Source: Promethearchaeota archaeon
GTDB taxonomy: Archaea > Asgardarchaeota > Lokiarchaeia > Sigyniarchaeales > SOKP01
Reading direction: 5' to 3'
Length of the DNA: 64,000 nucleotides
Assembly: GCA_030603385.1 (NCBI GenBank)
Contig: JAUVXW010000004.1
Coordinates: 32,001 to 96,000, forward strand
A model generated the notes under the pieces. It had not been told where the DNA came from. It saw nothing but the letters and a program-made list of their open reading frames with translations, and ran no database searches. The position numbers and the translations under genes were made by a program. Below, piece by piece: positions 49,011-59,021 of this stretch. Numbering within the stretch: the first letter of the stretch is position 1; each line of letters opens with the position of its first letter.

Positions 49011-50843
49011 TTAAGCAAGATCTTTTTTGTCCTCATCTACATTGATTTCATATTCAATTTCATACTTTTTCTCTTCGTCTACATCTTTTTTCATAAGGAT
49101 TTCTCTTTGCGATTCAGCGTATTTGTTTTCTTTTAGCTTGATAACAGGAATTCCAAAATAAATCCAGCCTGGTTCGATAATTTGATTATATGTGGTTGTA
49201 CTAATAGCACCAACAACGGAATCTTTACCTATTATTGTTCCAGGTGCAATGGTTGATTGTCCTCCTATCACAGCAAAATCATCGCATATAACCTCTTTAA
49301 TTATTAAATATTTTCCAACGACCATTGAGCTCATAACCACAGCCCCTTGACCTACAAGGTTTTTACGCCCAAATTTAATAAATTCACCATCACACCATGA
49401 ATCATATAAAGTACTGGAAAGAGACATTCTTATTCCCCCAAATTTGAAGGCTAATATGTCCATCCAGGGAAGAGGCCAATTACGTATAAGCCATAGAACA
49501 ATTTTCCTTAATTCGGTCCGTAAACACCAAAATTCCCAATTAGTGTCTCCAACTTCGGATTTAAAGATACCTTCTTTAGGTTTATGTATTAAATTGATTA
49601 AAGTTAAAAATAATTTACTGAAGAAGAAACAAGCCAGTATAAAAACAAACCACATAAGGATGACCATCGTTGGTAAAAAAAATGCTATAACCAACCAGTT
49701 TCGAACATAAAATGTGAACGTATAAAACATTATGGTTACTAGCATACCAGAAAGCCAAAATATAGGAACATAGACAACTAAAAATTTTAAATTTACCCTT
49801 GAAATTGCGCTACTTGTTGTGAAATCAAGTGCTAATTCTTCTTCTGATAATTTATTAATATCTATTTTTTCTTCTTGTAGGTCGTCCAACATTTCTGTGC
49901 TATTAGGAATCTCATCTGTTTTCTCTAATCTACGTTCTTTCTCTTTCAATTGTTTTAATAATTTTTTATCTTTATACCCTTCAATATTCTCATTTTTTTC
50001 TAAATCGCCAGATGTTATCTCTAAATATTCCATAGTTTTTTTTCTAAATATCTTTCTTAATGGAAGCCCCCAATAATAATTATTTCCTTTTAGTGCACTA
50101 TGTTTTGGAGTTGAAGCTATTGGAAGTAAAAAAGAGTTGTCGTAGACTTCTGATCCAGGGCCAACGATATTCATTACTGCTCCAGTAACATTATCTCCCA
50201 CTTTTACCTTAAAGTAAGAAACATTCCCAAAAATTCCCTCAGTAGCGTGGCTGGATATGGCAGAATTAACCCCTATGTAGCAGTTCTTGCCTACTTCAAT
50301 AAATTTATCATTACTTACGGACTCCTCAAAGGTACAACCTTTTCCGAATTTACTTGCTCCGATAAAGGTGAAGAACCAATTACTAAGCCATGGAAAAATA
50401 CCTTTCATAAAGGAATTCTTTCCGTATTTAATCAAAAAGCTCCTAATATGATAATACTTGAGAATTCTACTTGGAAAATTTCTCGGAATTATCCCATCTT
50501 TACTAGGGGATTTTTTTTCACTCGATTTCCAAAAAGCACGAGTAATTAATCCCACGAAAAATAAGCGGATTAAATAACAACCAATAAGAACCAAGGGCAT
50601 AGAGATTAATGCTATAATGGGTTTAAATTCAGTAAAAAGCGTGATAAAACTTGTAGTTTCTAAGAAATGTGGTAAGAAAAAAAATCTCATATAAGTCATA
50701 AATAATATAGCAGGAATGACCAATGAAGCTAAAAAAATCGTAAATAGCATGAAGAGATACCAAAAATATTGATATTTAATTTCTTCTCTAATCATTCCGT
50801 TCTCAGAATCGTTTTCAATTGACTGTAATTTAGTATCTGCCAT
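49011..50843 (-). CDS. TM + left-handed beta-helix protein, fused modules A+B
   Basis: Third paralogue; SSHATEGIFGNVSY. Confidence 0.85.
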   Translation of the reverse strand: MADTKLQSIENDSENGMIREEIKYQYFWYLFMLFTIFLASLVIPAILFMTYMRFFFLPHFLETTSFITLFTEFKPIIALISMPLVLIGCYLIRLFFVGLITRAFWKSSEKKSPSKDGIIPRNFPSRILKYYHIRSFLIKYGKNSFMKGIFPWLSNWFFTFIGASKFGKGCTFEESVSNDKFIEVGKNCYIGVNSAISSHATEGIFGNVSYFKVKVGDNVTGAVMNIVGPGSEVYDNSFLLPIASTPKHSALKGNNYYWGLPLRKIFRKKTMEYLEITSGDLEKNENIEGYKDKKLLKQLKEKERRLEKTDEIPNSTEMLDDLQEEKIDINKLSEEELALDFTTSSAISRVNLKFLVVYVPIFWLSGMLVTIMFYTFTFYVRNWLVIAFFLPTMVILMWFVFILACFFFSKLFLTLINLIHKPKEGIFKSEVGDTNWEFWCLRTELRKIVLWLIRNWPLPWMDILAFKFGGIRMSLSSTLYDSWCDGEFIKFGRKNLVGQGAVVMSSMVVGKYLIIKEVICDDFAVIGGQSTIAPGTIIGKDSVVGAISTTTYNQIIEPGWIYFGIPVIKLKENKYAESQREILMKKDVDEEKKYEIEYEINVDEDKKDLA

Positions 50844-51118
50844 TGCTGTTTAGTATATTGAGAATAATTCAATGATTTTTAAGATATATTAAATTAATAA
50901 GAAAATTTGATGTGCACTATTTAAAACTATTGCAAAATCTAAAAGAGAACTCGATGTCTTAATTTATTGGATCTTGAGATATAGTCTGTACATGTTTTAT
51001 AGTCTGGAATTCTATATCTAAATGGTTCTTCTTCCGCCATTTTTTTAGGAAATTTCGAAAGAAATTTGGATTTAGACTTATTGAATTAAGTTGGGTATCA
51101 AAAAAATCTGTAATTTTA

Positions 51119-51245
51119 GCTTGGATTACTCGGAAATAAAGCATTAAAAAATTAGAGCTTTTTCTAGTTATGCTTATATCCTTCGCAAAAATTTCTATAT
51201 TAATAATGGAGTGTTATTTAGATCTTCTACAGTTGTTTCATTTAA
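51119..51245. repeat. 127-bp direct repeat, copy 1
   Basis: gcttggattactcgg...gtttcatttaa is identical to 53412-53538. Confidence 0.92.
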
Positions 51246-51386
51246 AATTTATTATATTCACCTATAAATGCAATAAATGCGGACACGAACAACAACTCGA
51301 ACTTTACTATGGTATAGACTAGATAAAAATTACTGGGCGGTATAATAATAACAAAAACAAATTAAAGAAAAAAAATGGATTTAAAT

Positions 51387-51827
51387 TTAAGGAGTAACAG
51401 TTATTTGCTTCTTATCAAAATCATCAGGATTTCCTCCATCTTCAAGAAATTCTGCGAAACTCTTTAAGCCTTTTAGTAATAACTCAGCAGCTTTTACGAG
51501 GATCTTTTCATTCTTTTCATCCTCAAAGTCTCCCCATATTGTAGCTTCGACAATATCTCCTTTGGGATTTAAAATATAACCCAATGCATTAAAGATTCCA
51601 CCTTCTATCCTCACTGAAATTTTATCTGGTTCAACGGTCTCAGTTCGAATAGATGTAAAATCCCCCACTGTAGATTTAACAGCGAATTTTCCTTCAGATA
51701 TTTGCGTTATTTCATTTGTAGGCAAATTCCATTTAACTCCTAATAAAGGGTCATCTAAGATATCAAAAATTCTCTTTTGAGACGCTTTAATATCGATCTT
51801 TCTCTCAACACGAACCAATACTTTCAC
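51387..51827 (-). CDS. SRPBCC/START-like protein
   Basis: IDIKASQKRIFDILDD...KW, C-terminal LKGLKSFAE helix. Confidence 0.7.
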   Translation of the reverse strand: MKVLVRVERKIDIKASQKRIFDILDDPLLGVKWNLPTNEITQISEGKFAVKSTVGDFTSIRTETVEPDKISVRIEGGIFNALGYILNPKGDIVEATIWGDFEDEKNEKILVKAAELLLKGLKSFAEFLEDGGNPDDFDKKQITVTP

Positions 51828-51948
51828 ACCTACTATTTTTAAATTGGATTAAGACTTGTGCATTATACAAGTATAACATTTTCCTTTATATACATTTGTA
51901 TGAGAATTATCAGTTCTCGCTTGTAAAAAAGGGGAATTTTTCCATACT

Positions 51949-52343
51949 TCATTGAACATAGATGGTTGTCTTCTTATGTATTTTTACAACTTTAACTTGA
52001 GGCGTGTGATTTACAACGATTAGATCTATTTTTCGCTCCTTCTCTCGAAACGAGAAGATATCTCCTCTAGTCACAAGGCTATTGTTTAATTTTTTAGCTA
52101 AAACTTCTGGATTTTTTATTGCTACCTCCTGATGATAACATTTGTACCACTATCCTTATAATAGCTCGGAAATGCAAATGCTGAGGTTATCTTTTTTGCG
52201 GAATCATTATAAATGCATATAATACTACTGGCTTCGATGATATTATTCAAAAATAGACTTGGATCCACTCGAGCAATTCCCTTTCCGGCATCCTCTTTAA
52301 AAGCTTCCTTAACTCTTAATTTTTTTCCAATAATCTCTATCAC
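51949..52343 (-). pseudogene. Stand-alone CDC48/VAT N-domain protein with internal deletion and frameshift
   Basis: LRVKEAFKEDAGKGIARVDP...GTNVI, then in another frame LAKKLNNSLVTRGDIF...DLIVVNHTPQVKVVKIHKKTTI*. Confidence 0.65.
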
Positions 52344-52358
52344 TATAAATTTTTATCC

Positions 52359-52724
52359 CTATAAATGAAAATAATAATGACTCTTATAATACACTCCCTT
52401 AATCTTTCCCTCATCAACCATACGAATTAGATCTCTTTCCACTTTCTCATCATTTATCTCATAGGATTCTTCTACCCCAAAATGACAATCAATAAATGCT
52501 TGAAGTGTATACGCTTTTTCTCTATTTTCTTCAAAGAATTGGTAAAATTTCGCTTGATTGTGCTCCAAGATTATATCCTTATTTATTCCGTTAAGCTTAT
52601 ACAGATCTTCAACTAGTAATACTCTATGATCTTCACAATAAAGTTCTTTCTTATGGTTTCTGGTGAAGTAAACAGGGTGGTTATCCTCAATTTCTTTAAA
52701 CATACTAACTTTTTCTTCTGACAT
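52359..52724 (-). CDS. Hypothetical protein, possible C-terminal winged helix
   Basis: 121-aa ORF; VERDLIRMVDEGKIKG. Confidence 0.55.
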   Translation of the reverse strand: MSEEKVSMFKEIEDNHPVYFTRNHKKELYCEDHRVLLVEDLYKLNGINKDIILEHNQAKFYQFFEENREKAYTLQAFIDCHFGVEESYEINDEKVERDLIRMVDEGKIKGVYYKSHYYFHL

Positions 52725-52827
52725 TTTTATAACCTTCTTTTTTAGTGACTAATAATTATAGGGAAAGTATTTAAATGAAAAAAAATCTAAAATTGAAAAA
52801 AGGTTAGCCGTAGCCTTTCATGGCACA

Positions 52828-53067
52828 TTATACTGTCTTGCTTTTAGAGAGATTAAACCCAATTTTCCTTAAAATCCAATTTTCGATAAGAAACTCTTGT
52901 AGGATGTTTTCTTTTTTAGAATAGCTCGAGTCGATAAATCGTTTTGGAACCCAGAAAGAAATTCCATTATAAATCCTAATGAGAACTGATTTAGAAGTCT
53001 CATTCATGTAATATCCTTTTATTGTGCTACACAAATTAAAATCTTTTGGGATGATAGATTCTGTCAT
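52828..53067 (-). CDS. Small beta-rich hypothetical protein
   Basis: 79 aa; ETSKSVLI...WVPKRFI...IENWIL. Confidence 0.6.
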   Translation of the reverse strand: MTESIIPKDFNLCSTIKGYYMNETSKSVLIRIYNGISFWVPKRFIDSSYSKKENILQEFLIENWILRKIGFNLSKSKTV

Positions 53068-53411
53068 GAAATAAAGAAATGCCTAAATACATAAAAAAAG
53101 AAAAAGTGTGAAAATTTAGTAATTAAATTTATTCTATCATTTTCAGAAATTCTTCTTCTGTAATGATTTTGGTTTCTTGTCCTTGGGCTTATACATACTT
53201 AGTAAAAAAGATTTAAATACGTTTTCTACAAGTATATATTGAAGACAAATGAAAAAATCAGAAGTAATTTTAAACTAAACCAGATGCAATAATTCAATTA
53301 AAGGATGAGGAGGAAAATGAATAAAAAAATTTTGTTGTTGGATCATATACCTAAAACAACTTTATTTGAACCTGAAAATATTATATTATTTATAAATGAT
53401 TACCAAAAAGT

Positions 53412-53538
53412 GCTTGGATTACTCGGAAATAAAGCATTAAAAAATTAGAGCTTTTTCTAGTTATGCTTATATCCTTCGCAAAAATTTCTATATTAATAAT
53501 GGAGTGTTATTTAGATCTTCTACAGTTGTTTCATTTAA
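53412..53538. repeat. 127-bp direct repeat, copy 2
   Basis: Identical to 51119-51245; includes the stop codon of 53535-54323. Confidence 0.92.
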
Positions 53539-54323
53539 TCCAGATTAAAATTGAATTCACAAATTTTATCATGAATCTTATTCTTTAATTCCCTTGATAT
53601 ATCATTGATAAAATCCTCTGGAATACTCTCTAAATATTCACCTAATACTTTTTCAATTGTAGGAGAAATTTTATTTATAACTATCTCAAGAATTTCATGC
53701 TTCTTTAAATATCTGTTTTGAAATGCCTGTATATAGGTTTTATTTAACTTCTTTAACCATACTTTTCCTTTATTCTCTAAAATTGTAAGAATCCTTCTGG
53801 AATTTGAATCATTAAAATGCTGAAACTCATATTCGTACCTAATTAAAATTTCTTTAAAGTACTGAATAATTTGTTCCTTTTCTTTTAAGTTTAAATCAAC
53901 TTTAGAGTTTAGAAAAATAATTACCATAAACTTATCAAACAGAAAATACAACTGGACTTTAATGTTGGATCCATGAATTTCAAGATTTGATAAGTTTTGG
54001 ATATTAGTTTGCCCAGCAAATGTTTTGAATGAGCTAAAATACATTGAAATTAGATCGATTTCTAATAAACTCTTATTATCTTCAGACAAATACGATTTTA
54101 TTGAGCCGTAATTTTCTTCCGGCTTATTTTCATATTCAAGAACCATGATTGTATTTCCAAATTGATCGGCAATTATCATACCAATAATCGGTGGTATTTT
54201 GTTAAAATTATATGAGAAATTTGCAATTTGGTCTAGTTTTCCATTTATTGATGTTCCGTGGTTTTGAATTCTATTGTAGGTTTTCATAAAATTGTCGTTT
54301 GAAATATTTTTTTGTAAAAACAA
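53535..54323 (-). CDS. Possible longin/roadblock-like domain protein
   Basis: IIGMIIADQFGNTI strand-turn, helix, three-strand run (IHGSNIKVQLYF..FMVIIFLN), helix. Confidence 0.5.
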   Translation of the reverse strand: MFLQKNISNDNFMKTYNRIQNHGTSINGKLDQIANFSYNFNKIPPIIGMIIADQFGNTIMVLEYENKPEENYGSIKSYLSEDNKSLLEIDLISMYFSSFKTFAGQTNIQNLSNLEIHGSNIKVQLYFLFDKFMVIIFLNSKVDLNLKEKEQIIQYFKEILIRYEYEFQHFNDSNSRRILTILENKGKVWLKKLNKTYIQAFQNRYLKKHEILEIVINKISPTIEKVLGEYLESIPEDFINDISRELKNKIHDKICEFNFNLD

Positions 54324-54772
54324 ATAATTAAATTAGCATTTCAAATATTTGCTCAATCATAATAAATCTCAAGGGGGGTGTCGGTTTTAACAAAAAGTGA
54401 ACTTTTCCTTTATAAGTTATTACGACAAAAACCATTTAACAGATAGTAATTAGATTATGGTGATCTTTTTTACTTCCATAAATAAAATTATTTATTTCTC
54501 TTCCTTAAAAGAAGTTATTGAATTCTTAAATACATTTTAACTCTTTTTATTTTGTTTAAATCCAAATAAATATCGAGAAGAGAGGATATGAAAAAATTCG
54601 GTCATAGAGAAAAGAAGATAAAAAGTCCAGAAAGCTCGTATACTGTCTTTACGGCATTAAATTATTTAATGTGCTTTTCTAGGAACTTCTCAATGGATTG
54701 AATCCCATGCAAAATCTTTATATATCATACCATTATCAATAAGCTTGGTAAAAAGATTAGTGAGATCTAAAA

Positions 54773-55201
54773 TTGTTGAGAAGATCAAGAATATCCTTCA
54801 TAGTTGTCTTAGTAAGTATGATTTTATTTCTAGTTCCATTATTCCTTCAAACAGGAATAGAAGAAGTCCCTATTAACCCGGAGGTCCCAGAAATAACAGT
54901 ACTCACCGATAGGTCTTTTATCTCTATTTATTTTTATATCCTTTCCCCAATGGGGCTTTTTATGCATATTGCTTTTCTCTATTTTATTTGGAACGAAAAA
55001 TCTCCGAAATATAGATATAAAAATCCAAGGAATATGGTTATCATGGGGGGAATTGCAGTAGTATTACTTCTCTTTGCCCCAAAGTATCTTTTTCCTGAAT
55101 TTCTTACAGAAGAGCAAGATATTATAATAATAGTATTAATGGCATTGAGTGCGATTTTACTATTTATTAGCGGAATAATCTACAAGAAAACAGAAACTTA
55201 A
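54773..55201 (+). CDS. Four-TM membrane protein
   Basis: Four hydrophobic segments in 142 aa. Confidence 0.65.
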   Translation: MLRRSRISFIVVLVSMILFLVPLFLQTGIEEVPINPEVPEITVLTDRSFISIYFYILSPMGLFMHIAFLYFIWNEKSPKYRYKNPRNMVIMGGIAVVLLLFAPKYLFPEFLTEEQDIIIIVLMALSAILLFISGIIYKKTET

Positions 55202-55342
55202 TGATTACTTAATATTTTTCTCTAAAAATCTCTCAACTTTTCTTCAGGGAAAATAAATTTTTTATAGAATTAACTCTAATCCATTAGATACTGAATAAAA
55301 AAAAAAAGAATTTGTTTATTAAGTATTAAACTCATCAATTAA

Positions 55343-55678
55343 CTACTCAGGCGCTTTCATTCCAACCATTTCTAAAGCTTCCGATACTTTGAAACGAACT
55401 TCTATGTGATATTTATACCCTGGTATGTTATGATAGTTTACCATGTTCTTTTGTTCTAGGAATAAAAATTCCTCTAATTTACCTTCTTTTACATCATAAA
55501 CACTAAAACTTTCAATACCATCATCAGTTGCTTTTACAGCATTTGGAACTATTTCTTTTGCAAATTCTCTATGTTTGGATCGGTAATCTTTGGCAGTTTC
55601 TACATAAATTTTAGCTACCTCGTTTGTCTGATCAAGTGGAAATTTACTAGTTGAAACAACATAAGGCATATTTTTCAC
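55343..55678 (-). CDS. Hypothetical protein (small alpha/beta)
   Basis: 111-aa ORF; GAGGTG SD-like motif overlaps the annotated GTG, so ATG 55669 may be the true start. Confidence 0.65.
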   Translation of the reverse strand: MKNMPYVVSTSKFPLDQTNEVAKIYVETAKDYRSKHREFAKEIVPNAVKATDDGIESFSVYDVKEGKLEEFLFLEQKNMVNYHNIPGYKYHIEVRFKVSEALEMVGMKAPE

Positions 55679-56167
55679 CTCTTTTTACAATTACCATTTA
55701 TTTATTAATTTAGAAAATTGAATTTTCAATTTACAGAAAAGTCAAATAATTATTTAAGATTAACTATTTGACAAAATTAGTGAAGAATTAAATCTCATAT
55801 AAATAATTTGATATTGAACCTAAATCCAACCTAAGTCCAATTTGGGAAGATCCAAGACCTTCTTTATAAAGCCGTAAGCTAAATAAATAAGAAAAAAAAA
55901 GTTTTTTGGATGGGTCTACATTTCTAATTTCCTTTCTAATACAATTCCTTATTTGGGTTATATCATTCATTATTTTTCTACTAATAATTATATTTTCTTC
56001 AATAGAGATAAAAGATTATGAAATCAAAAAGTCTTTTAGCTTTTTCTGGATCTTTAAGCTCCTCGAACTTTTCTGAATTAATCAAAAACATAAATTTCAG
56101 TCTTAATAGGTTTAAATATAAGAGCATCTAAATTATAAATAATCATTTTAATTCATAAAATAGAGAT

Positions 56168-56992
56168 GTGAAATTTATGGTAGAAAATAAAGGTTCGTTA
56201 TTTGGTATTATCGCAATTATTATTGGAGCTTCTGGATTAGGGCTTGGAGCCTTTTCGATAGTGAATTTTCAAGTGGTCGAAGGACCACCTGGAGGTGATG
56301 GGCAGGATGGTACAGATGGTCAAGATGCTCCAATAGGGCTTGTCGTAGGAATTTTAGATCCAGACCAAGATGATACGGTATGGGGGGAAATAGTAATAAG
56401 AGCGTTAGTATATGGAAGTAATAACTATTCAGTGTCCGTGAAAGCAAATCAAACCGAAATTGGAACCCAATTACCCACCTTCTGGGATACATCTTTAGAA
56501 GTAGAAGGGTGGTATAATCTAACGGTTATAATTACAGACTATGAAACTAAAGAAACCGCTTTTGATGAAGTATGGCTCAAGGTGGAGAATCCGGTGAAAA
56601 CTTATTATCTTTCAACCGCAAATGAAATAATATGTACCACATCTTCAGGCGGTTGGCGAAGCGTTTTTGATTTAGACGGAGGATTGGGAGGTATTTTTAT
56701 AGAATTAGAAGAAGGAGAAGCCCTTTATCTAAGTTTTACAGGGTATTTTCGTGAACCGGCGTTTCCTGGCTATTATGATATTAGCTTCTATGATTGGGCT
56801 ATTGGTCCGATTGGGATACCACTTACGGTATATCTCGATGATACTTATCAAAGCGTTACTTTTGTAAGAGAAGTATTCTCTCCCTCTTATCAGATTCCTG
56901 GTATTCATCGGATAGATGTTGCTATATATGATCCACAACTTGGAATCCGGACTAAGGACCGATCTTTGATGGTACAAATCATAGTTCTTTAA
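56168..56992 (+). CDS. Membrane-anchored protein with short collagen-like stretch and Ig-like domain
   Basis: N-terminal TM, GPPGGDGQDGTDGQD, WDTSLEVEGWYNLTV. Confidence 0.7.
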   Translation: MKFMVENKGSLFGIIAIIIGASGLGLGAFSIVNFQVVEGPPGGDGQDGTDGQDAPIGLVVGILDPDQDDTVWGEIVIRALVYGSNNYSVSVKANQTEIGTQLPTFWDTSLEVEGWYNLTVIITDYETKETAFDEVWLKVENPVKTYYLSTANEIICTTSSGGWRSVFDLDGGLGGIFIELEEGEALYLSFTGYFREPAFPGYYDISFYDWAIGPIGIPLTVYLDDTYQSVTFVREVFSPSYQIPGIHRIDVAIYDPQLGIRTKDRSLMVQIIVL

Positions 56993-57392
56993 AGATTCTT
57001 ATTTTTCTTTTAATTATCTTTTTTTTTATTTCATCTAAGTCTCTGATTGGGCATTTTAACGTTATATACTTGGCATGATCAAATTCAATTTTTTACCAAT
57101 AAAATAAATCACTAAATCATTACTCTGTATCCATTTATAAAGACGTTTTTAAACTGAATAGGATATAAGAAGACGTTAAAAGCGAAGGTTCATAACGAAT
57201 CGGACAAAACTATCCAAAGTTTAGTGCAATAACAAACAAATGGTAGATATTAATTCTCCTAAATACAATTCACTGTTATAATTTTCTCCGTCAAATACAG
57301 CAGCTTTCATATCTTGAACATTTTACATAAAATTTAGAAAGAAAACATGCTAGTATTGAAAAGATATAATAACTGTCATTTACTATATTATA

Positions 57393-57668
57393 ATGACAAT
57401 TGAAAAAATGAAGATGCAAATGACTGAAAAAATAATTCAAAAAGTCTCATCAAATGGAAGGATTGTCATACCAAAAAAATGGAGAGACAAGTTAGCTATT
57501 GATGATAAAAATGAGGTTGAGATGGAACTGAAGGATGATAAAACTATTTTAATCAAAAAAAAAATACATCCGCTTGAGATAGAGGATAACTTATTTAAAG
57601 GAGTAGCTCCGTTTACAGAAGAAGAGTTAGATGAAGCAAAAAAATCGTTATTCCCTAGTGAGAAATAA
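57393..57668 (+). CDS. AbrB/MazE-family antitoxin
   Basis: KVSSNGRIVIPKKWRDKLAI. Confidence 0.85.
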   Translation: MTIEKMKMQMTEKIIQKVSSNGRIVIPKKWRDKLAIDDKNEVEMELKDDKTILIKKKIHPLEIEDNLFKGVAPFTEEELDEAKKSLFPSEK

Positions 57669-57696
57669 ACAAAAATTTAGTGGTTTTTGATATAAA

Positions 57697-58098
57697 ATGA
57701 CAGAAAAAGTAGTAATTGATGCTCAGGTCCTATTTTATTTCCATTATGAATATCAAAAGATTCCATTAATTCTCCAACAACTGAAAAAAAAAGTGATAAA
57801 TGGAGAAATAACAGTAATCCTCCCTACAATTGCAATCGCAGAATTATTTTGGAAAATGAGAAGAGCTGGAAAAACAGATGCATTTGAGGAGGCTCTCAAT
57901 CGATGGGAAAACTCAGAAAATATCATTATCGATGATTTTAATTTGGAAATCATTAAATTGATGTTAAAAAATACTGAAAGTCACGAATTGCATGATGAAA
58001 TCATTGCTATGACTTGTAAAAAGCACAATACGGACATTATTTACTCTAAAGACAAAAAATTTAAAGAAATATTCAATTTACTACTAAGATCTTGGTAG
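57697..58098 (+). CDS. vapC: PIN-domain (VapC) toxin
   Basis: VVIDAQ, IAE, LHDEII, YSKD acidic tetrad. Confidence 0.85.
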   Translation: MTEKVVIDAQVLFYFHYEYQKIPLILQQLKKKVINGEITVILPTIAIAELFWKMRRAGKTDAFEEALNRWENSENIIIDDFNLEIIKLMLKNTESHELHDEIIAMTCKKHNTDIIYSKDKKFKEIFNLLLRSW

Positions 58099-58181
58099 TA
58101 GAGAATTGTGTTTTTTCTCGCCTATAATTTAGAAAAAAGATAATTCATTTTAGTATTTCATCAAATTTAAAATGGAAAGAA

Positions 58182-58967
58182 TTAAACTTTGTAAAAATCC
58201 TTCCTTCTATCCTCAAAAATATCATTGAAATTGTTGAGTTTTTTGTCTCTTACTTTTTCTATATCAATTTCTGCAAACCCTGAATAAATCTTGTCGACTG
58301 GTGCTGACGAGAGGATTTGTCCATCATAAGAAGTAATCTGACTAGCCCCTGTAAATACGAAATTATCTTCCCCTCTTATTTCTTCTCCAATTCGATTCGC
58401 TGTAACGGCGTAAATTCGATTTTCTAAACATCGCGTTATCATTGCCTTTTGACAATAGGGAAGTACTAAATTTGCTGGATGAGCAATAATATCCGCACCT
58501 AAGAGTGCAAGTGTCCTGGCTGTTTCTGGAAAGAACCAATCAAAACATATCATTATGCCAATATTAACACCATTTACTTCAAACACTTTTAATGGTTTAT
58601 TGCCCGGAGAAAACCATAATTTCTCTTTATATTATAGATGAATTTTCCTATAAGTGTCAATAACTCCCTTATTTGAAACAATCAATGCCGAATTATATAT
58701 TTTATTGCCTTCTTTTTCTACAAACCCACCAATAATCACAGCTCCAGTATTTTTAGCAATTTTAAGTAAAAATTGAGATGTTTTTCCATTTATTTTTTCA
58801 GCTAAAGAAACTGCTTCTTCTTTTGATATGAAAGTATAACCCGTTGCAAATAACTCAGGTAATACTATTAAATCACCCTTCAAATTAGCAATTAATTTCT
58901 CAATTTCATTAAAATTTTGCTCCTTCTCGCCAAAAATGGGATTTGTTTGAATATAACCAACTTTCAT
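58182..58967 (-). pseudogene. Carbon-nitrogen hydrolase (nitrilase family) interrupted by in-frame TAA at 58632-58634
   Basis: LPELF, YRKIHL*YKEKLWFSPG, ICFDWFFPE (E-K-C triad) all in one frame. Confidence 0.82.
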
Positions 58968-59021
58968 TTTTAATCATTTTTGAATGTATATATTTTCATA
59001 AAATAAGATAATAACTTTATA

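Noticed and set aside
50959-51144. 61-aa ORF next to the direct repeat, possible transposase tail
   Set aside because: No catalytic motif or terminal inverted repeats recognisable
55788-56091. Short minus-strand ORF fragments
   Set aside because: Multiple stops and no identifiable family
57221-57310. Minus-strand MKAAVFDG... 29-aa ORF resembling a Zn-alcohol-dehydrogenase N-terminus
   Set aside because: Too short; at most a remnant
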